From a virus (taxonomy: Duplodnaviria; Caudoviricetes), in the IMG/VR virus record IMGVR_UViG_3300044983_000399, positions 1 through 41,172 of that record: a stretch of DNA of 41,172 nucleotides, one strand, 5' to 3'. Numbering within the stretch: position 1 is the first letter of the stretch; the number at the start of each line of letters is the position of its first letter. Made by a program: the position numbers and the translations under genes. This document shows positions 17,905 through 28,100 of this stretch, piece by piece. Under the pieces are notes generated by a model that ran no database searches, had not been told where the DNA came from, and was given only the letters and a program-made list of their open reading frames with translations.

Positions 17905-18467
17905 GCAGCTATGCCAGCGCCCAGCATGACCGCATGCTCGCCGGTGTGGTGAAGGATTGTTATGTGGTGGCACTTGACCTTACCGCTTCGCCGCCGGTGT
18001 GTCGGGTGTCCGATGGCGAATGGGTCAGCGCCTGGGTGCGCTGGCACAGTATTGCCGCCGGCAAGGCCAGGCACTGGCGGGCGCCATCCATGGGGGAGCA
18101 GGGGACTTTAGTCAGTGCCAGCGGTGACGTGGCGCAAGGGACCTTCATCCCGGGCTTGTATGGCAATGCCGGCCCACCACCGGATAACCGTGATCATGTA
18201 GAAGTCTGGCGCTTTGACGATGGTGGCTCGCTGATCTACGACTGGCAGGCCAAGAGCTACAGCATCACCGTGCCGAGCGGCACTGTGACGATCAAAGTCG
18301 CCAGTACAGAGGCGGTCATCACGGACAGCGCTGTGAATGTAACCACCGGCAACATCAATCTGAAAGCAGCGGTGCTGATCGACGGTGCATTGCACGTAAC
18401 AAAGGGCATCACCAGTGCCGGCGCTATCATTGATGCCGGTGGCAACAGCAATCACCACACGCATTAA
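17901..18467 (+). CDS. Baseplate spike protein (P2 gpV family)
   Basis: WRAPSMGEQ, FDDG-YD, C-terminal HxH. Confidence 0.92.
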   Translation: MSSYASAQHDRMLAGVVKDCYVVALDLTASPPVCRVSDGEWVSAWVRWHSIAAGKARHWRAPSMGEQGTLVSASGDVAQGTFIPGLYGNAGPPPDNRDHVEVWRFDDGGSLIYDWQAKSYSITVPSGTVTIKVASTEAVITDSAVNVTTGNINLKAAVLIDGALHVTKGITSAGAIIDAGGNSNHHTH

Positions 18468-18482
18468 TTTCAATCCCCAACA

Positions 18483-18505
18483 GCCCGCCCAGTGCGGGTT
18501 TTTTT
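18483..18505 (+). terminator. Hairpin plus U-tract
   Basis: GCCCGC-CCAGT-GCGGGT-TTTTTT. Confidence 0.6.
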
Positions 18506-18523
18506 ATACCTGGAGTTTGCCTT

Positions 18524-18802
18524 ATGACTAAGTCTCGAACTGATGGCGATTCGGCCGGGGCCGTAGAAGCGATTGCGGTTGTGGGGTTGAAGCCCACGCC
18601 GCTTGGTATTCCCGCGACTACTGACGCGGCGGAGTCCATCGGCTCCGTGCGTGTCTTTCGCGACAAGGTTTTCACCTCGCGAACCTTGATCCTGCCCAGC
18701 GGCGAGACGCTACCTGTTATTGCAGGACGCGTCACCGCATGTGGCGATGATCAATATGCGTTCTTGAAAGCGCATCCAGACCTGGAGCAATTGAAGGAGT
18801 AA
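18524..18802 (+). CDS. Hypothetical phage protein
   Basis: GGAG RBS; ORF within the tail operon. Confidence 0.7.
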   Translation: MTKSRTDGDSAGAVEAIAVVGLKPTPLGIPATTDAAESIGSVRVFRDKVFTSRTLILPSGETLPVIAGRVTACGDDQYAFLKAHPDLEQLKE

Positions 18803-18807
18803 TCACA

Positions 18808-19134
18808 ATGATCGGAATGGACCGCCACACCGGCCAGCCCATTTCCGGCATCGCGCACTTGCGCCAATCAGTTCCAGACATCTTGGGCACGCCGTTGGGC
18901 AGCCGCCGGCACCGGCCGGAATACGGAAGCAATCTGCGGCGGTTTGTGGATTTGCCCGTTAATGAGGGCTGGAAAAGCGCTGTTCAGGCGGAAGTCGCCC
19001 GCGCCCTGGGGCGTTGGGAGCCGCGTTTGAAACTGGATCAGGTACGCGTCGTTTCCGTTATCGGCGGGCAAATCAATCTGAAGATCGTCGGGCAGTACCT
19101 GGGCGACGCCGTCACGTTGGAGGTGGCCGTATGA
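18808..19134 (+). CDS. Baseplate wedge protein (gpW/gp25 family)
   Basis: HLRQS-DIL-TP-GSR-RPEYGS, WEPR. Confidence 0.93.
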   Translation: MIGMDRHTGQPISGIAHLRQSVPDILGTPLGSRRHRPEYGSNLRRFVDLPVNEGWKSAVQAEVARALGRWEPRLKLDQVRVVSVIGGQINLKIVGQYLGDAVTLEVAV

Positions 19135-20012
19135 GTATTGTGGATCTGTCGTCGTTGCCGGCGCCGACCGTGTTGGAGCCGCTGGACTTTGAAGAGGTGT
19201 ACCAGGAAGGGCTCAGCGTTTTTCGCGGGTATATGGGCGGCAACTGGACCGCCGCGCTTGAAAGCGACCCAGTGGTTAAGGTGTTGGAGGTCGGGGCTTA
19301 CATCAAGGTCGGCAACCGCGCCCGGGTCAATGACGCCGGCAAAGCGGTACTGCTGGCACACGCCATAGGTGGCGACCTCGATCATTTGGGGGCCAACGTC
19401 AATCTAAAGCGCCTGATCATTCAAACCTCGGATCTGCTGGCGGTGCCGCCGGTGCCGGAGGTCAAAGAGGATGATGACCCGTTTCGGGAGCGGATTCAGT
19501 TGGCATATGAGGGGCTGACCACGGCCGGCCCGCGTAACAGCTACATCCTGCACGCGCGAAACGCGTCCGGGCTGGTGGCGGATGCCACGGCCGAAAGCCC
19601 TGCGCCTTGTTACGTGACGGTAACGGTGTTGGGGCTGGACGGGGAGGGCGTGGCGCCGCCAGCACTGCTGGCTACAGTGGCCGCCGCGCTGAATGACGAA
19701 AACGTGCGGCCCGTGGGAGATCGAGTCACGGTGCAGAGCGCCCAGGTGATCCGCTACCAAATTAATGCGATTCTGCACATGGCTAGCGCTGGGCCCGAAG
19801 CTGACGCCAGTTTGGTCGAGGCGAAAAGCCGTTTGGCCGCCTGGATCAATCCCCGCAAGCGGCTTGGCGTCGAGGTGGCACGATCGGGCGTGGATGCGCA
19901 GCTACACGTTGCCGGCGTCTCCCGGGTCGAGCTGGTTGGATGGCAGGACCTGGCCCCGACCAAGGCCCAGGCGGCATTCTGTACGGGCTACACCGTGACG
20001 CTGGCGGGCTGA
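19131..20012 (+). CDS. Baseplate J/gp47 protein
   Basis: DLS-LPAP-V-E-LDFE, ESDP, TAGP, VRPVGD; start reassigned to 19131. Confidence 0.93.
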   Translation: MSIVDLSSLPAPTVLEPLDFEEVYQEGLSVFRGYMGGNWTAALESDPVVKVLEVGAYIKVGNRARVNDAGKAVLLAHAIGGDLDHLGANVNLKRLIIQTSDLLAVPPVPEVKEDDDPFRERIQLAYEGLTTAGPRNSYILHARNASGLVADATAESPAPCYVTVTVLGLDGEGVAPPALLATVAAALNDENVRPVGDRVTVQSAQVIRYQINAILHMASAGPEADASLVEAKSRLAAWINPRKRLGVEVARSGVDAQLHVAGVSRVELVGWQDLAPTKAQAAFCTGYTVTLAG

Positions 20013-20013
20013 T

Positions 20014-20703
20014 ATGAAAAGCCTACTGCCGATCAACAGCACGCAACTGGAACGGGCCATGGAGGCTACGTTTTTTGAGAAAACGATTGCCCCGCTGCGC
20101 GACCTCTACAACGCCGATACCTGCCCGGTTCATTTGTTGCCGCATCTGGCGTGGGCCTGGTCGGTGGATCGTTGGGATTACCGATGGACTGAAGCGACCA
20201 AGCGCGCCGCCATCAAGGCCTCTTATTACATCCATGCCCACAAAGGGACCATCGGCGCATTGCGCCGTGTGGTCGAGCCCTTGGGCTACCTGATCGAGAT
20301 TATCGAGTGGTTCAAGATGGTGCCGGAAGGCATCCCTGGCACCTTCGCATTGAAAGTTGGCGTACTCGACACCGGTATCACTGAGGAAATGTATCAGGAG
20401 CTGGAGCGGTTGATTGATGACGCCAAGCCTGTCAGTCGGCACCTGACGGGGCTGGCTATCAGCCTCGAAACTACTGGCCCGATAAACATTTTTGCAAGTG
20501 CATACGACGGGGACGAGATCGATGTTTATCCGCCGGTACTTCGGGATGTTGAATCAAGCGGTTTTATCGGGGGAGGCGGGCGTGAGCATTCCATTGACGA
20601 GTTGGAGGTTCACCCACCGTCGCCGGCCCCTATTTCGATTGATTGTTATATCGGTGTTCCTGGCCGCGAACATTCCATAGACCTTTTGGACGTATACCCA
20701 TGA
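20014..20703 (+). CDS. Tail protein I (P2 family)
   Basis: LLP-NS-LE, CP-LLP-LAW-SVD-W, HKGT. Confidence 0.92.
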   Translation: MKSLLPINSTQLERAMEATFFEKTIAPLRDLYNADTCPVHLLPHLAWAWSVDRWDYRWTEATKRAAIKASYYIHAHKGTIGALRRVVEPLGYLIEIIEWFKMVPEGIPGTFALKVGVLDTGITEEMYQELERLIDDAKPVSRHLTGLAISLETTGPINIFASAYDGDEIDVYPPVLRDVESSGFIGGGGREHSIDELEVHPPSPAPISIDCYIGVPGREHSIDLLDVYP

Positions 20704-22130
20704 TTGATGCTAATTCGCAGTTCTTCGCCATCCTGACGGCTGTTGGTGAGGCCAAGCAGGTCAAAGCCGATGCAGGGCAAATGACTTGGAAACTTACTCA
20801 CATGGCCGTAGGGGATGCAAACGACACTAACCCGATACCGGACCGCTTGCAGAAGTCATTGATTAATGAGCGCCGGCGGGCGCCATTGAACTCGCTGGGA
20901 CCTGATCCAATTAACCCAGGAATCCTAGTAGCCGAACAGGTTATTCCGGCTGACGAAGGCGGGTTCTGGATTCGCGAAATGGGCCTGTTCGATTCGGACG
21001 GGGATCTGGTCGCGGTGGCCAACTGCGCGCCGAGCTATAAGTCGAAATTGTCACAAGGCTCTGGCCGCACGCAAATCCTGCGTATGAACTTTATCGTCAA
21101 AAGCTCGACGAATGTGGTTTTGCAAATTGACCCATCAGTTGTACTGGCCACACGTAAGTTTGTGGAAGACTCGGTGCTTAATGCAGTCAACGCGCTAGAC
21201 CACAAGGCTTCTGTGCTGGTCGCCACTACAGCACCAATTGTGCTGGCGGGTGTGCAGACCATTGATGGTTTGGTTGCTCCGGCGGGTTCTCGGGTGTTGG
21301 TGAAAAACCAAGCTAAAGCGGCAGAAAATGGCCTTTATTTGGTCTCGGCTGAAAGCTGGGTGCGTACCGCTGATGCGGACAACGGCACGAAGGTAACGCC
21401 AGGCATGCAAGTGATTGTCGAGCGGGGGGCTGTGAACGCCGATACGTTGTGGCTGTTGGCAACGGATGGCGTGATTACCCTCGGCACAACGTCTTTGTCG
21501 TTCGTGCAGCGCGGCTCTCAAGGTAGCTATGCCGGGCAAACGAACTACACCGGCGACACAGCTTTAACTGCGGCAGATGTTGGGAAATTAGTTAACTTTT
21601 CGCAACAGTCGACAGTAGCTTTGCCCCAGGCCTCAAGCGTTGCGGCTGGGTCATTGATCACTATCGGCAGTTCATTGTCTGGCGGCGTTTGGGTGGTCCC
21701 AGCTGCGGGCGACACGCTAACTAATATGCTGACTGACCCAGGGCCGTTTTTTATCCAAGTCGGCTCACTTGGCAAATTCCGCCGGCTGTTAGGGGCGGGC
21801 GGCTGGAGTTTTGACGGTGGGGATGCAGTGCTTAAGTATTCGCCCGGTTTCGCCGCGCGTCTTGAGGGTAACGGCTACCAAAAGTTGCCATCCGGTCATA
21901 TTGAGCAATGGGGCATCGTTCCACCTATCCCGGCTGGTGGTTCGGTGCTGATCAATTATCCGATTAAATTCCCGAATGGCCCGCTGGCTATTGTGGCGGG
22001 GGCGGGTGCTTCGCAGGCCGGTAGTCCTGGGATCAATTCATACAATGAATCTGCCGGACAGGTGAGGTTCTGGAATTCGTCACTTACCGTTGCTACGCAA
22101 GCAAGCACCTATTTTGCGAAGGGCATTTAG
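20700..22130 (+). CDS. Tail fibre protein
   Basis: P2 gpH-like N-terminus (GGFWIREMGL, IDPSVVLATR); C-terminal GYQKLPSG-IEQWG; start 20700. Confidence 0.9.
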   Translation: MIDANSQFFAILTAVGEAKQVKADAGQMTWKLTHMAVGDANDTNPIPDRLQKSLINERRRAPLNSLGPDPINPGILVAEQVIPADEGGFWIREMGLFDSDGDLVAVANCAPSYKSKLSQGSGRTQILRMNFIVKSSTNVVLQIDPSVVLATRKFVEDSVLNAVNALDHKASVLVATTAPIVLAGVQTIDGLVAPAGSRVLVKNQAKAAENGLYLVSAESWVRTADADNGTKVTPGMQVIVERGAVNADTLWLLATDGVITLGTTSLSFVQRGSQGSYAGQTNYTGDTALTAADVGKLVNFSQQSTVALPQASSVAAGSLITIGSSLSGGVWVVPAAGDTLTNMLTDPGPFFIQVGSLGKFRRLLGAGGWSFDGGDAVLKYSPGFAARLEGNGYQKLPSGHIEQWGIVPPIPAGGSVLINYPIKFPNGPLAIVAGAGASQAGSPGINSYNESAGQVRFWNSSLTVATQASTYFAKGI

Positions 22131-22150
22131 GATTTTCAGAGGGGGGATTT

Positions 22151-22576
22151 ATGTTCGCTTCAAAACAAACCGGCTTTTTTTACGATCCTGCGTTTAACGA
22201 TGAGATTCCCAAGGACGCGGTGGAAATCTCCCCTGAGGTGCATGCTGAACTGCTGGCGGGGCAAGGCGAAGGCAAGGTAATAGGTTGGGGTGATAATGGC
22301 GTCCCGTGCCTCGTACCTGCGCCAGGGTCGTCTCCCGAACAACTGGCAATGGTTGAGCGAGCTTGGCGTGACGTGCAGCTCACCGGGACAGATAGCGTTG
22401 TGACGCGCCACCGCGACGAGCTGGAGGAGGGTTCTCCGACTTCCCTTACTGCTGAGCAATATGTTGAGCTACAAGCCTATCGACGACAACTGCGTGATTG
22501 GCCGGAAGTCGGCGAGTTTCCTTTGAGCGAACATCGCCCGCAAGCGCCGGCCTGGCTTTCGGAGTCAACTCAATAA
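22151..22576 (+). CDS. Tail fibre assembly chaperone
   Basis: GFFY...P-DAVEI...YRRQLRDWP...P-AP. Confidence 0.85.
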   Translation: MFASKQTGFFYDPAFNDEIPKDAVEISPEVHAELLAGQGEGKVIGWGDNGVPCLVPAPGSSPEQLAMVERAWRDVQLTGTDSVVTRHRDELEEGSPTSLTAEQYVELQAYRRQLRDWPEVGEFPLSEHRPQAPAWLSESTQ

Positions 22577-22606
22577 ACGCCCTGCACTGACGGGGCGTTT
22601 TCTTTT
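22575..22606 (+). terminator. Terminator after the tail fibre assembly gene
   Basis: AAACGCCCTG...CGGGGCGTTT followed by T-rich tail. Confidence 0.65.
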
Positions 22607-22634
22607 CCGTTACGCGTAACACGAACAACCCACG

Positions 22635-22657
22635 GCCTCGCTCATGCGGGGCTTTTT
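22635..22657 (+). terminator. Hairpin plus U-tract before the sheath gene
   Basis: GCCTCGC-TCAT-GCGGGGC-TTTTT. Confidence 0.55.
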
Positions 22658-22678
22658 CGTTTCTGGAGATCGAACCTT

Positions 22679-23845
22679 ATGAGTTTCTTTCACGGCGTTA
22701 CCACGTCCGACATCAAGACCGGCGCGCGCACTATTTCGTTGCCGTCGTCTTCCATTATCGGACTGTGCGACACCTTCACTCCAGGTGGCCTGGATGGGGG
22801 CACGGCCAAGGCGGGTGAGTTGAAATTAATCACCACTGAGCGCGAAGCCATTGTCGCTTTCGGTCCAAACTCGGCAATCACCAAGGCTTGTAAAGCAATC
22901 TACACCAAGGCCAAGGCGGTGATCGTCGCCATTGGCGTGCCGAAGCTGGAAGACGCGGCGCTGCAAACCTCGGCGATTATCGGCGGCGTTTTAGCTTCGG
23001 GTCAGCGCACCGGCCTGCAGGCGTTGCTGGACGGCAAAAGCCTGTTCAACGCGCAGCCGCGGTTGTTGATCGCGCCGGGTCATACCGCCACGCAAGCAGT
23101 GGCAACCGCGCTCGATAGCTTGGCGCAGAAGCTGCGGGCTATCGGCATCCTTGATGGTCCTGGCACCACGGATGAGGCGGCGATGCTCTATGCCGAAAAC
23201 TTCGGCAGTCGCAACCTGTTCATGGTTGACCCGGGTGTTCAGTACTGGGACACCGATCTCAGCAAGACGGTTGATGCGCCGGGCTCGGCCTGGGCCGCAG
23301 GCTTGTTCGCCTGGACCGATGCCGAATATGGCTTCTGGGCCTCGCCGTCGAACAAGGAGTTCACCGGTATCACCGGCACGACCCTGGCTGTCGAGTACCT
23401 GGACGGCGATGAGACGTGCCGGGCCAACCTGCTGAACAACGCCAATATCGCGACGATCATCCGCGACGACGGCTATCGCTTGTGGGGCAACCGTACGTTG
23501 TCGAGCGATCCGAAATGGGCGTTCGTTACGCGCGTTCGCACACTGTTCATCCTCATGGATGCGGTGCAGGCCGGCCACAAGTGGGCGGTAGACCGCTCGA
23601 TCACCAAGACCTACGTCAAGGATGTAACTGACGGCCTGGACGCTTTCATGCGCGACCTGAAAGCCCAGGGCGCGATTATCAATTTTGAGGTGTTCCCGGA
23701 CACCGAACTGAACACGGCCAGCCAGATCGCCCTGGGCAAAGTTTATTGGCGCATCCGCTTCACCGACGTGCCGCCGGCAGAAAACCCGAATTTCCTTTTC
23801 GAAGTCACCGATCAGTGGATGACCGAAGTTCTTGAAGCAGCCTAA
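22679..23845 (+). CDS. Contractile tail sheath protein (FI-like)
   Basis: FFHGV, RTGLQAL, SPSN, GYRLWGNRT, PPAE. Confidence 0.95.
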   Translation: MSFFHGVTTSDIKTGARTISLPSSSIIGLCDTFTPGGLDGGTAKAGELKLITTEREAIVAFGPNSAITKACKAIYTKAKAVIVAIGVPKLEDAALQTSAIIGGVLASGQRTGLQALLDGKSLFNAQPRLLIAPGHTATQAVATALDSLAQKLRAIGILDGPGTTDEAAMLYAENFGSRNLFMVDPGVQYWDTDLSKTVDAPGSAWAAGLFAWTDAEYGFWASPSNKEFTGITGTTLAVEYLDGDETCRANLLNNANIATIIRDDGYRLWGNRTLSSDPKWAFVTRVRTLFILMDAVQAGHKWAVDRSITKTYVKDVTDGLDAFMRDLKAQGAIINFEVFPDTELNTASQIALGKVYWRIRFTDVPPAENPNFLFEVTDQWMTEVLEAA

Positions 23846-23857
23846 GGGGCCAAGCAA

Positions 23858-24361
23858 ATGATTCCTCAAACTTTGTACAACACGAACCTGTTTGTCGACG
23901 GCGTGAACTTTGCCGGTGACGTGCCCAGTTTGACCCTGCCCAAGCTGACGATTAAGACCGACGAGTATCGCGGCGGCGGCATGGCCGGTGCCATTGAGAT
24001 GGCCCAGGGCCTGGAAAAAATGGAGCCGTCATTTGTCACCAGAGGCGTGCGTCGTGAGTCGTTGAAACACTTTGGCTTGGCCGATGGTACAGCCTTCAAC
24101 GCGACGTTCCGTGGTGCCTTCAGGGGCCAGAAGGGAGCAGTGACGGCCGTAGTTGCCACCATTCGCGGTTTGCTCAAAGAGGTCGACCTGGGCGACTGGA
24201 AGGCCGGTGATTCGGCGGAGATCAAGCACGCAATTGCGGCGTCCTATTACAAGCTCGAAATCGACGGCCGCGTCATGTACGAAATCGACATGGTCGCAGG
24301 TGTTCAAGTCGTCGACGGTAAAGACCAACTCGCTGACATTCGCGCCGCACTCGGCCTCTAA
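23858..24361 (+). CDS. Major tail tube protein (FII-like)
   Basis: LPKL-EYRGGGM-G, YYKL-IDG-EID. Confidence 0.95.
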   Translation: MIPQTLYNTNLFVDGVNFAGDVPSLTLPKLTIKTDEYRGGGMAGAIEMAQGLEKMEPSFVTRGVRRESLKHFGLADGTAFNATFRGAFRGQKGAVTAVVATIRGLLKEVDLGDWKAGDSAEIKHAIAASYYKLEIDGRVMYEIDMVAGVQVVDGKDQLADIRAALGL

Positions 24362-24375
24362 GGGAAAAGATCCAG

Positions 24376-24975
24376 ATGAATCAAGCAAACACTAAGAAGG
24401 TGCCGGCCTGGTTGTCGCTCAGTGCGCTCGCTGCTGTCGTGACGCTCACGCGGCCAAGCAATGCCAACGGCGTGCTGGTTGAGACGCTCACCTTGCGTGC
24501 CCCAATCGTGCGCGAAGTGCGGGCAGCCGACATGGCGTCGAATGGCGATGAGGAGCAGCGTGAGCTGATGTTGTTCGCCGGACTGGCTGAGGTCGGTGTT
24601 AAGGATCTCGAAGGTCTCAAGCTGACGGACTATCGTCGTGTTCAAGCCGCGTATTCGCACCTGGTTCCCGAAACCGACTACACGGATGTGATGCCGCCGT
24701 GGTTGTCGGTGACCACCGATCAGGCCGTGGTGACGCTTTCCTGTCCAAGTGAAATCAACGGCGTCTCGGTCGATAAATTACCCCTGCGCTCCCCGACAGT
24801 GGGCGATGTGCGTGCGGCAAATCGTGACGCTGCCGGTGATGCCGAGCAGCGTGAGCTGGTGTTGTTTGCCGCGCTCGCCGGAGCACCTATCGCAGATCTG
24901 GAGGGCCTGAAGCTGGTTGATTTTAACCGCCTGCAGGCCGGCTATTTTCGCATGGACCAAGACGACGGGGTTTGA
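24376..24975 (+). CDS. Tail assembly chaperone with internally duplicated domain
   Basis: Two copies of VTL..NGV-V-L-LR-P-V-VRAA..GD-EQREL-LFA-LA...DLEGLKL-D-R-QA-Y. Confidence 0.88.
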   Translation: MNQANTKKVPAWLSLSALAAVVTLTRPSNANGVLVETLTLRAPIVREVRAADMASNGDEEQRELMLFAGLAEVGVKDLEGLKLTDYRRVQAAYSHLVPETDYTDVMPPWLSVTTDQAVVTLSCPSEINGVSVDKLPLRSPTVGDVRAANRDAAGDAEQRELVLFAALAGAPIADLEGLKLVDFNRLQAGYFRMDQDDGV

Positions 24976-25087
24976 TCCTGCCGTCATAAAAATGGCCGCG
25001 AAACGTCTGGCAGCGGAAACTGGATTTTCCGCTGCCGAGATTCTGTCGATGCCGTTTGCAGAAATGGTGTGGTGGCTCACGGACTGA
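24971..25087 (+). CDS. GpE'-like chaperone extension (frameshift product, or own ATG at 24992)
   Basis: FDPAVIKMAAKRLAAETGFSAAEILSMPFAEMVWWLTD in the +1 frame between chaperone and tape measure genes. Confidence 0.65.
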   Translation, partial: FDPAVIKMAAKRLAAETGFSAAEILSMPFAEMVWWLTD

Positions 25088-25125
25088 GCCGCCTCCGATA
25101 AAACTATGCAAATGAGGGCCATGAC

Positions 25126-28100
25126 ATGGCGAACAAAATCGCCCTCGGGCTGGTGATCGGCGGCGCCGTCAGTTCGACCGTCGGTGCTGCGTTTAAAGAT
25201 GTAACAGGGCGCATCAAGCGTCTTGAGGCGGAAGGCAACAAGGCACGTGTTCTACAGCGCACTATCGGCGACACCATTCGCTTGCGTGATGAATGGAAGA
25301 AAGCCCATGACAGCGGCTCTGAGGGTGCATCCAAGCTGTTGGGGAGGCTGAACTCCAATCTCGACAGTTTGAAAAAGCAGGGCATCGAGGTCGGCCGGCT
25401 GGAAAAAGCCTATCGTTCCATGGGACAGACCGCCAACAAAGCCGAGCTTAAGGCCCGGGGGCATCAGCAACTGGATGCTGGTAAGAACAGCATGAAAAGC
25501 ACCGTCGGCGCCGCTGTTGTTGGTGTCGGCATGCTGGCTGTACCGACCAAGGTCAGCGCGGATTTTGGGGCCATTGTTCGTGACATCGCGATCAAGGCCG
25601 GTATTGCCAACAAGCCGCAAGAAAAGGAGATGTCGCGCAAGATTATCGACACCTCGCGCGACACCGGTATGGCGCGTAACGCTGTAGCCGACGTCGTTAA
25701 CCAGTTGGTCGGTGCCGGCATGGAGTTGAGCAAGGCCCTGGAATATGCACCGGTCGCGGCCAAGTTTGTTGTGGGCCAAGGATCGAACGGTGTCGACACG
25801 GCGAAAATGATCAACGCCCTGGGGCAAAACGCCAAGATCACCGACCCTAAGCAGATGCAGCAGGCCCTGGAGGCGATTGCCTACCAAGGGCAGGCGGGCA
25901 GCTTTGAAGCGGCGGACATGGCCAAGTGGTTTCCTGAGCTGTTGGCGAACATGGGCAGCCTAGGCATCACCGGCATGGATGCGGTGACGCAGTTGGGTGC
26001 CATGCTGCAGGTCCAGATGAAGTCTGCCGGCGGCGCCGATGAGGCGGCAAACAACCTCAAAAACTGGATGAGCAAAATCGGCTCAGGCGATACCGTCAAG
26101 TCGTATGCAAAGGCCGGTATCGACTATAAGGGCTCGATGCAGACCGGTTTGCAGAACGGAATGTCTACGCTGGAAACCAGTATGGCGTTGGCGCAGAAGT
26201 ATATTCAAGCCACCGATCCTAAGCGTGCGGCGGCAATGGCCGAGGCCACGGCGAAAATCAGCAAGGAGTCCGACCCGGAGAAAGCCAAGGCCATGATGGC
26301 CTCGCTGGAGGAATCGTTGCGCACTGGCGACCTGTTTGCTGACATGCAGGTGAAGGCCGCGCTTTCTGCCTATATGCAGAACAAGGCGTTGTACAGCCAG
26401 CTCAAAAACGATTCGCGTGATGCCACGGGAATTCTCGATAAAAACCTGAGCGAGCGACGCGAGGCGTCTTCGCAGAAGTGGGCCGAAATGGCTCAGTCGA
26501 TGGATGACGCGATGCGGAGCGTCGGGGATGCTCTGCGTCCGGTCACGGACACTGTGGCTGAAGCGTTGACCAAAGTCACCAAGGGTATTACCTCGCTCTC
26601 AGACAGCGCGCCCGGGGTGGTGACGGGCATCGCGGCTGTGGGTGGCGGTCTTGTCGCGCTAAAGGGGCTGCGTAGTTCGTTCAAAATCGCTAAGGGGTTG
26701 CTCAACGTCGCGCGGGGTTCGTTGGGTGGCAAGGCCGGCGAAGTGCAAAAAGTCTTTGTGACGAACTCCCCGGATGGGGGCGGCGGTGATGGCAAGGTCA
26801 GCGAGCCCAAGGGGAAGGCCGGTAAAGCCCTTTCTTTGGTCGAGTCCGGGCTCAAGGCTGTGGCCGCTCTCAAGGGTGATTCAGATGATGTCGAGGGTAA
26901 GGATGATAAGAAACCCGGCAAGTTGGATATTGTCGCGACAGGTCTAAAAGTTGTTTCTCTGGCAAAAGAGGCAGTGTCGGGTAATGAAGAGGCCGGCAAG
27001 GTTGGCGATTCGGCAGCGGGCGGCGCTGATGTTCAAAAGGTTTTCGTGGTCAATGCAAGCGCTATGGGTGGGTCGAATGGAGGTATAGGCGAACTGCGTC
27101 GACGTGGTCGCGGCTCAAGGCGTAATCCTTCGCGCCGTCGGCCAACATCGCCTCGTGCGGGTAGTTCGCCGCGACCTCGGGTACGGGCGCCGCGCCTGTC
27201 AGTGCCACGGTTTCCAGTTCCGGCCCCGCGTCCGCCACTGGTGCGCTCGCCTACACCTAGCTCGCGTCCGCCAGTGTCACGGCTGTCGGTACCCGCCACG
27301 CGTCCGTCAATGCCACGGCCGCCGGTTGCGGTTCCGAGTTCATCCGTGGCCCGGCCTCCTGTGCCCGGCCCGCGTCCACAAATGTCGCGCCCCCCGGTAC
27401 TGACTCCAAGTCCGCCAGTGCCACGGCCTCCGGTGCTGATCCCACGGCCGCCGCTTCCACCAGTTACGGTTCCCAGCGGGGCGTTAGCTAAATTGGGTGG
27501 AGTGGTGCAAGCGGTCGGTAAGATCGGCAAAGCCGCCAAGATGATACCTGGCGGCTCGCTGATGGAGGCCGGCGCCATGGCCTTCGATACCTATGAGAAC
27601 GCCAAGACCAAGGACGAAAAGGCCGAGGGTTATGGCGCTGCCGCCGGCAATCTTGCCGGCACCATGGCCGGGGCTGCTGCCGGGGCTGCTATCGGCTCAG
27701 TGGTGCCGATTATTGGCACCGCCATTGGCGGGCTTGTAGGCGCTTACTTGGGCAGCATGGGTGGTTCGGCGCTGGGCGGCGCTGCAGGTAAGTCGTGGTT
27801 TGGAGGTGAGGATGAAAAGCCCGCGCCTCCGGTAACGCCGTTGCTGATGGCGCCTCGGCCGGGGCCAGCCATTCCAAGCTTGGCGACCATGGGCAAGTCA
27901 TTCAATGGCGCGAACGGTTCAGGTGCGCTGCTATTGGCACCTGCGCCGCAATCGCAGGTGTTGGGTGACGTGGCGCGCTCTATGGCGGTGTCCGCACCGA
28001 CCAAACCGGCGGCAATGGCCATTCAGCCCAAAGAACCAGAGAAGCCCGTGCCGGCCAAAGTGGATCAGAAGTTTGAGTACTCGCTGACGGTGCCGATCAC

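Noticed and set aside
20700-22576. Tail-fibre inversion system or diversity-generating retroelement
   Set aside because: No invertase, reverse transcriptase, alternative fibre ends or TR/VR pair seen
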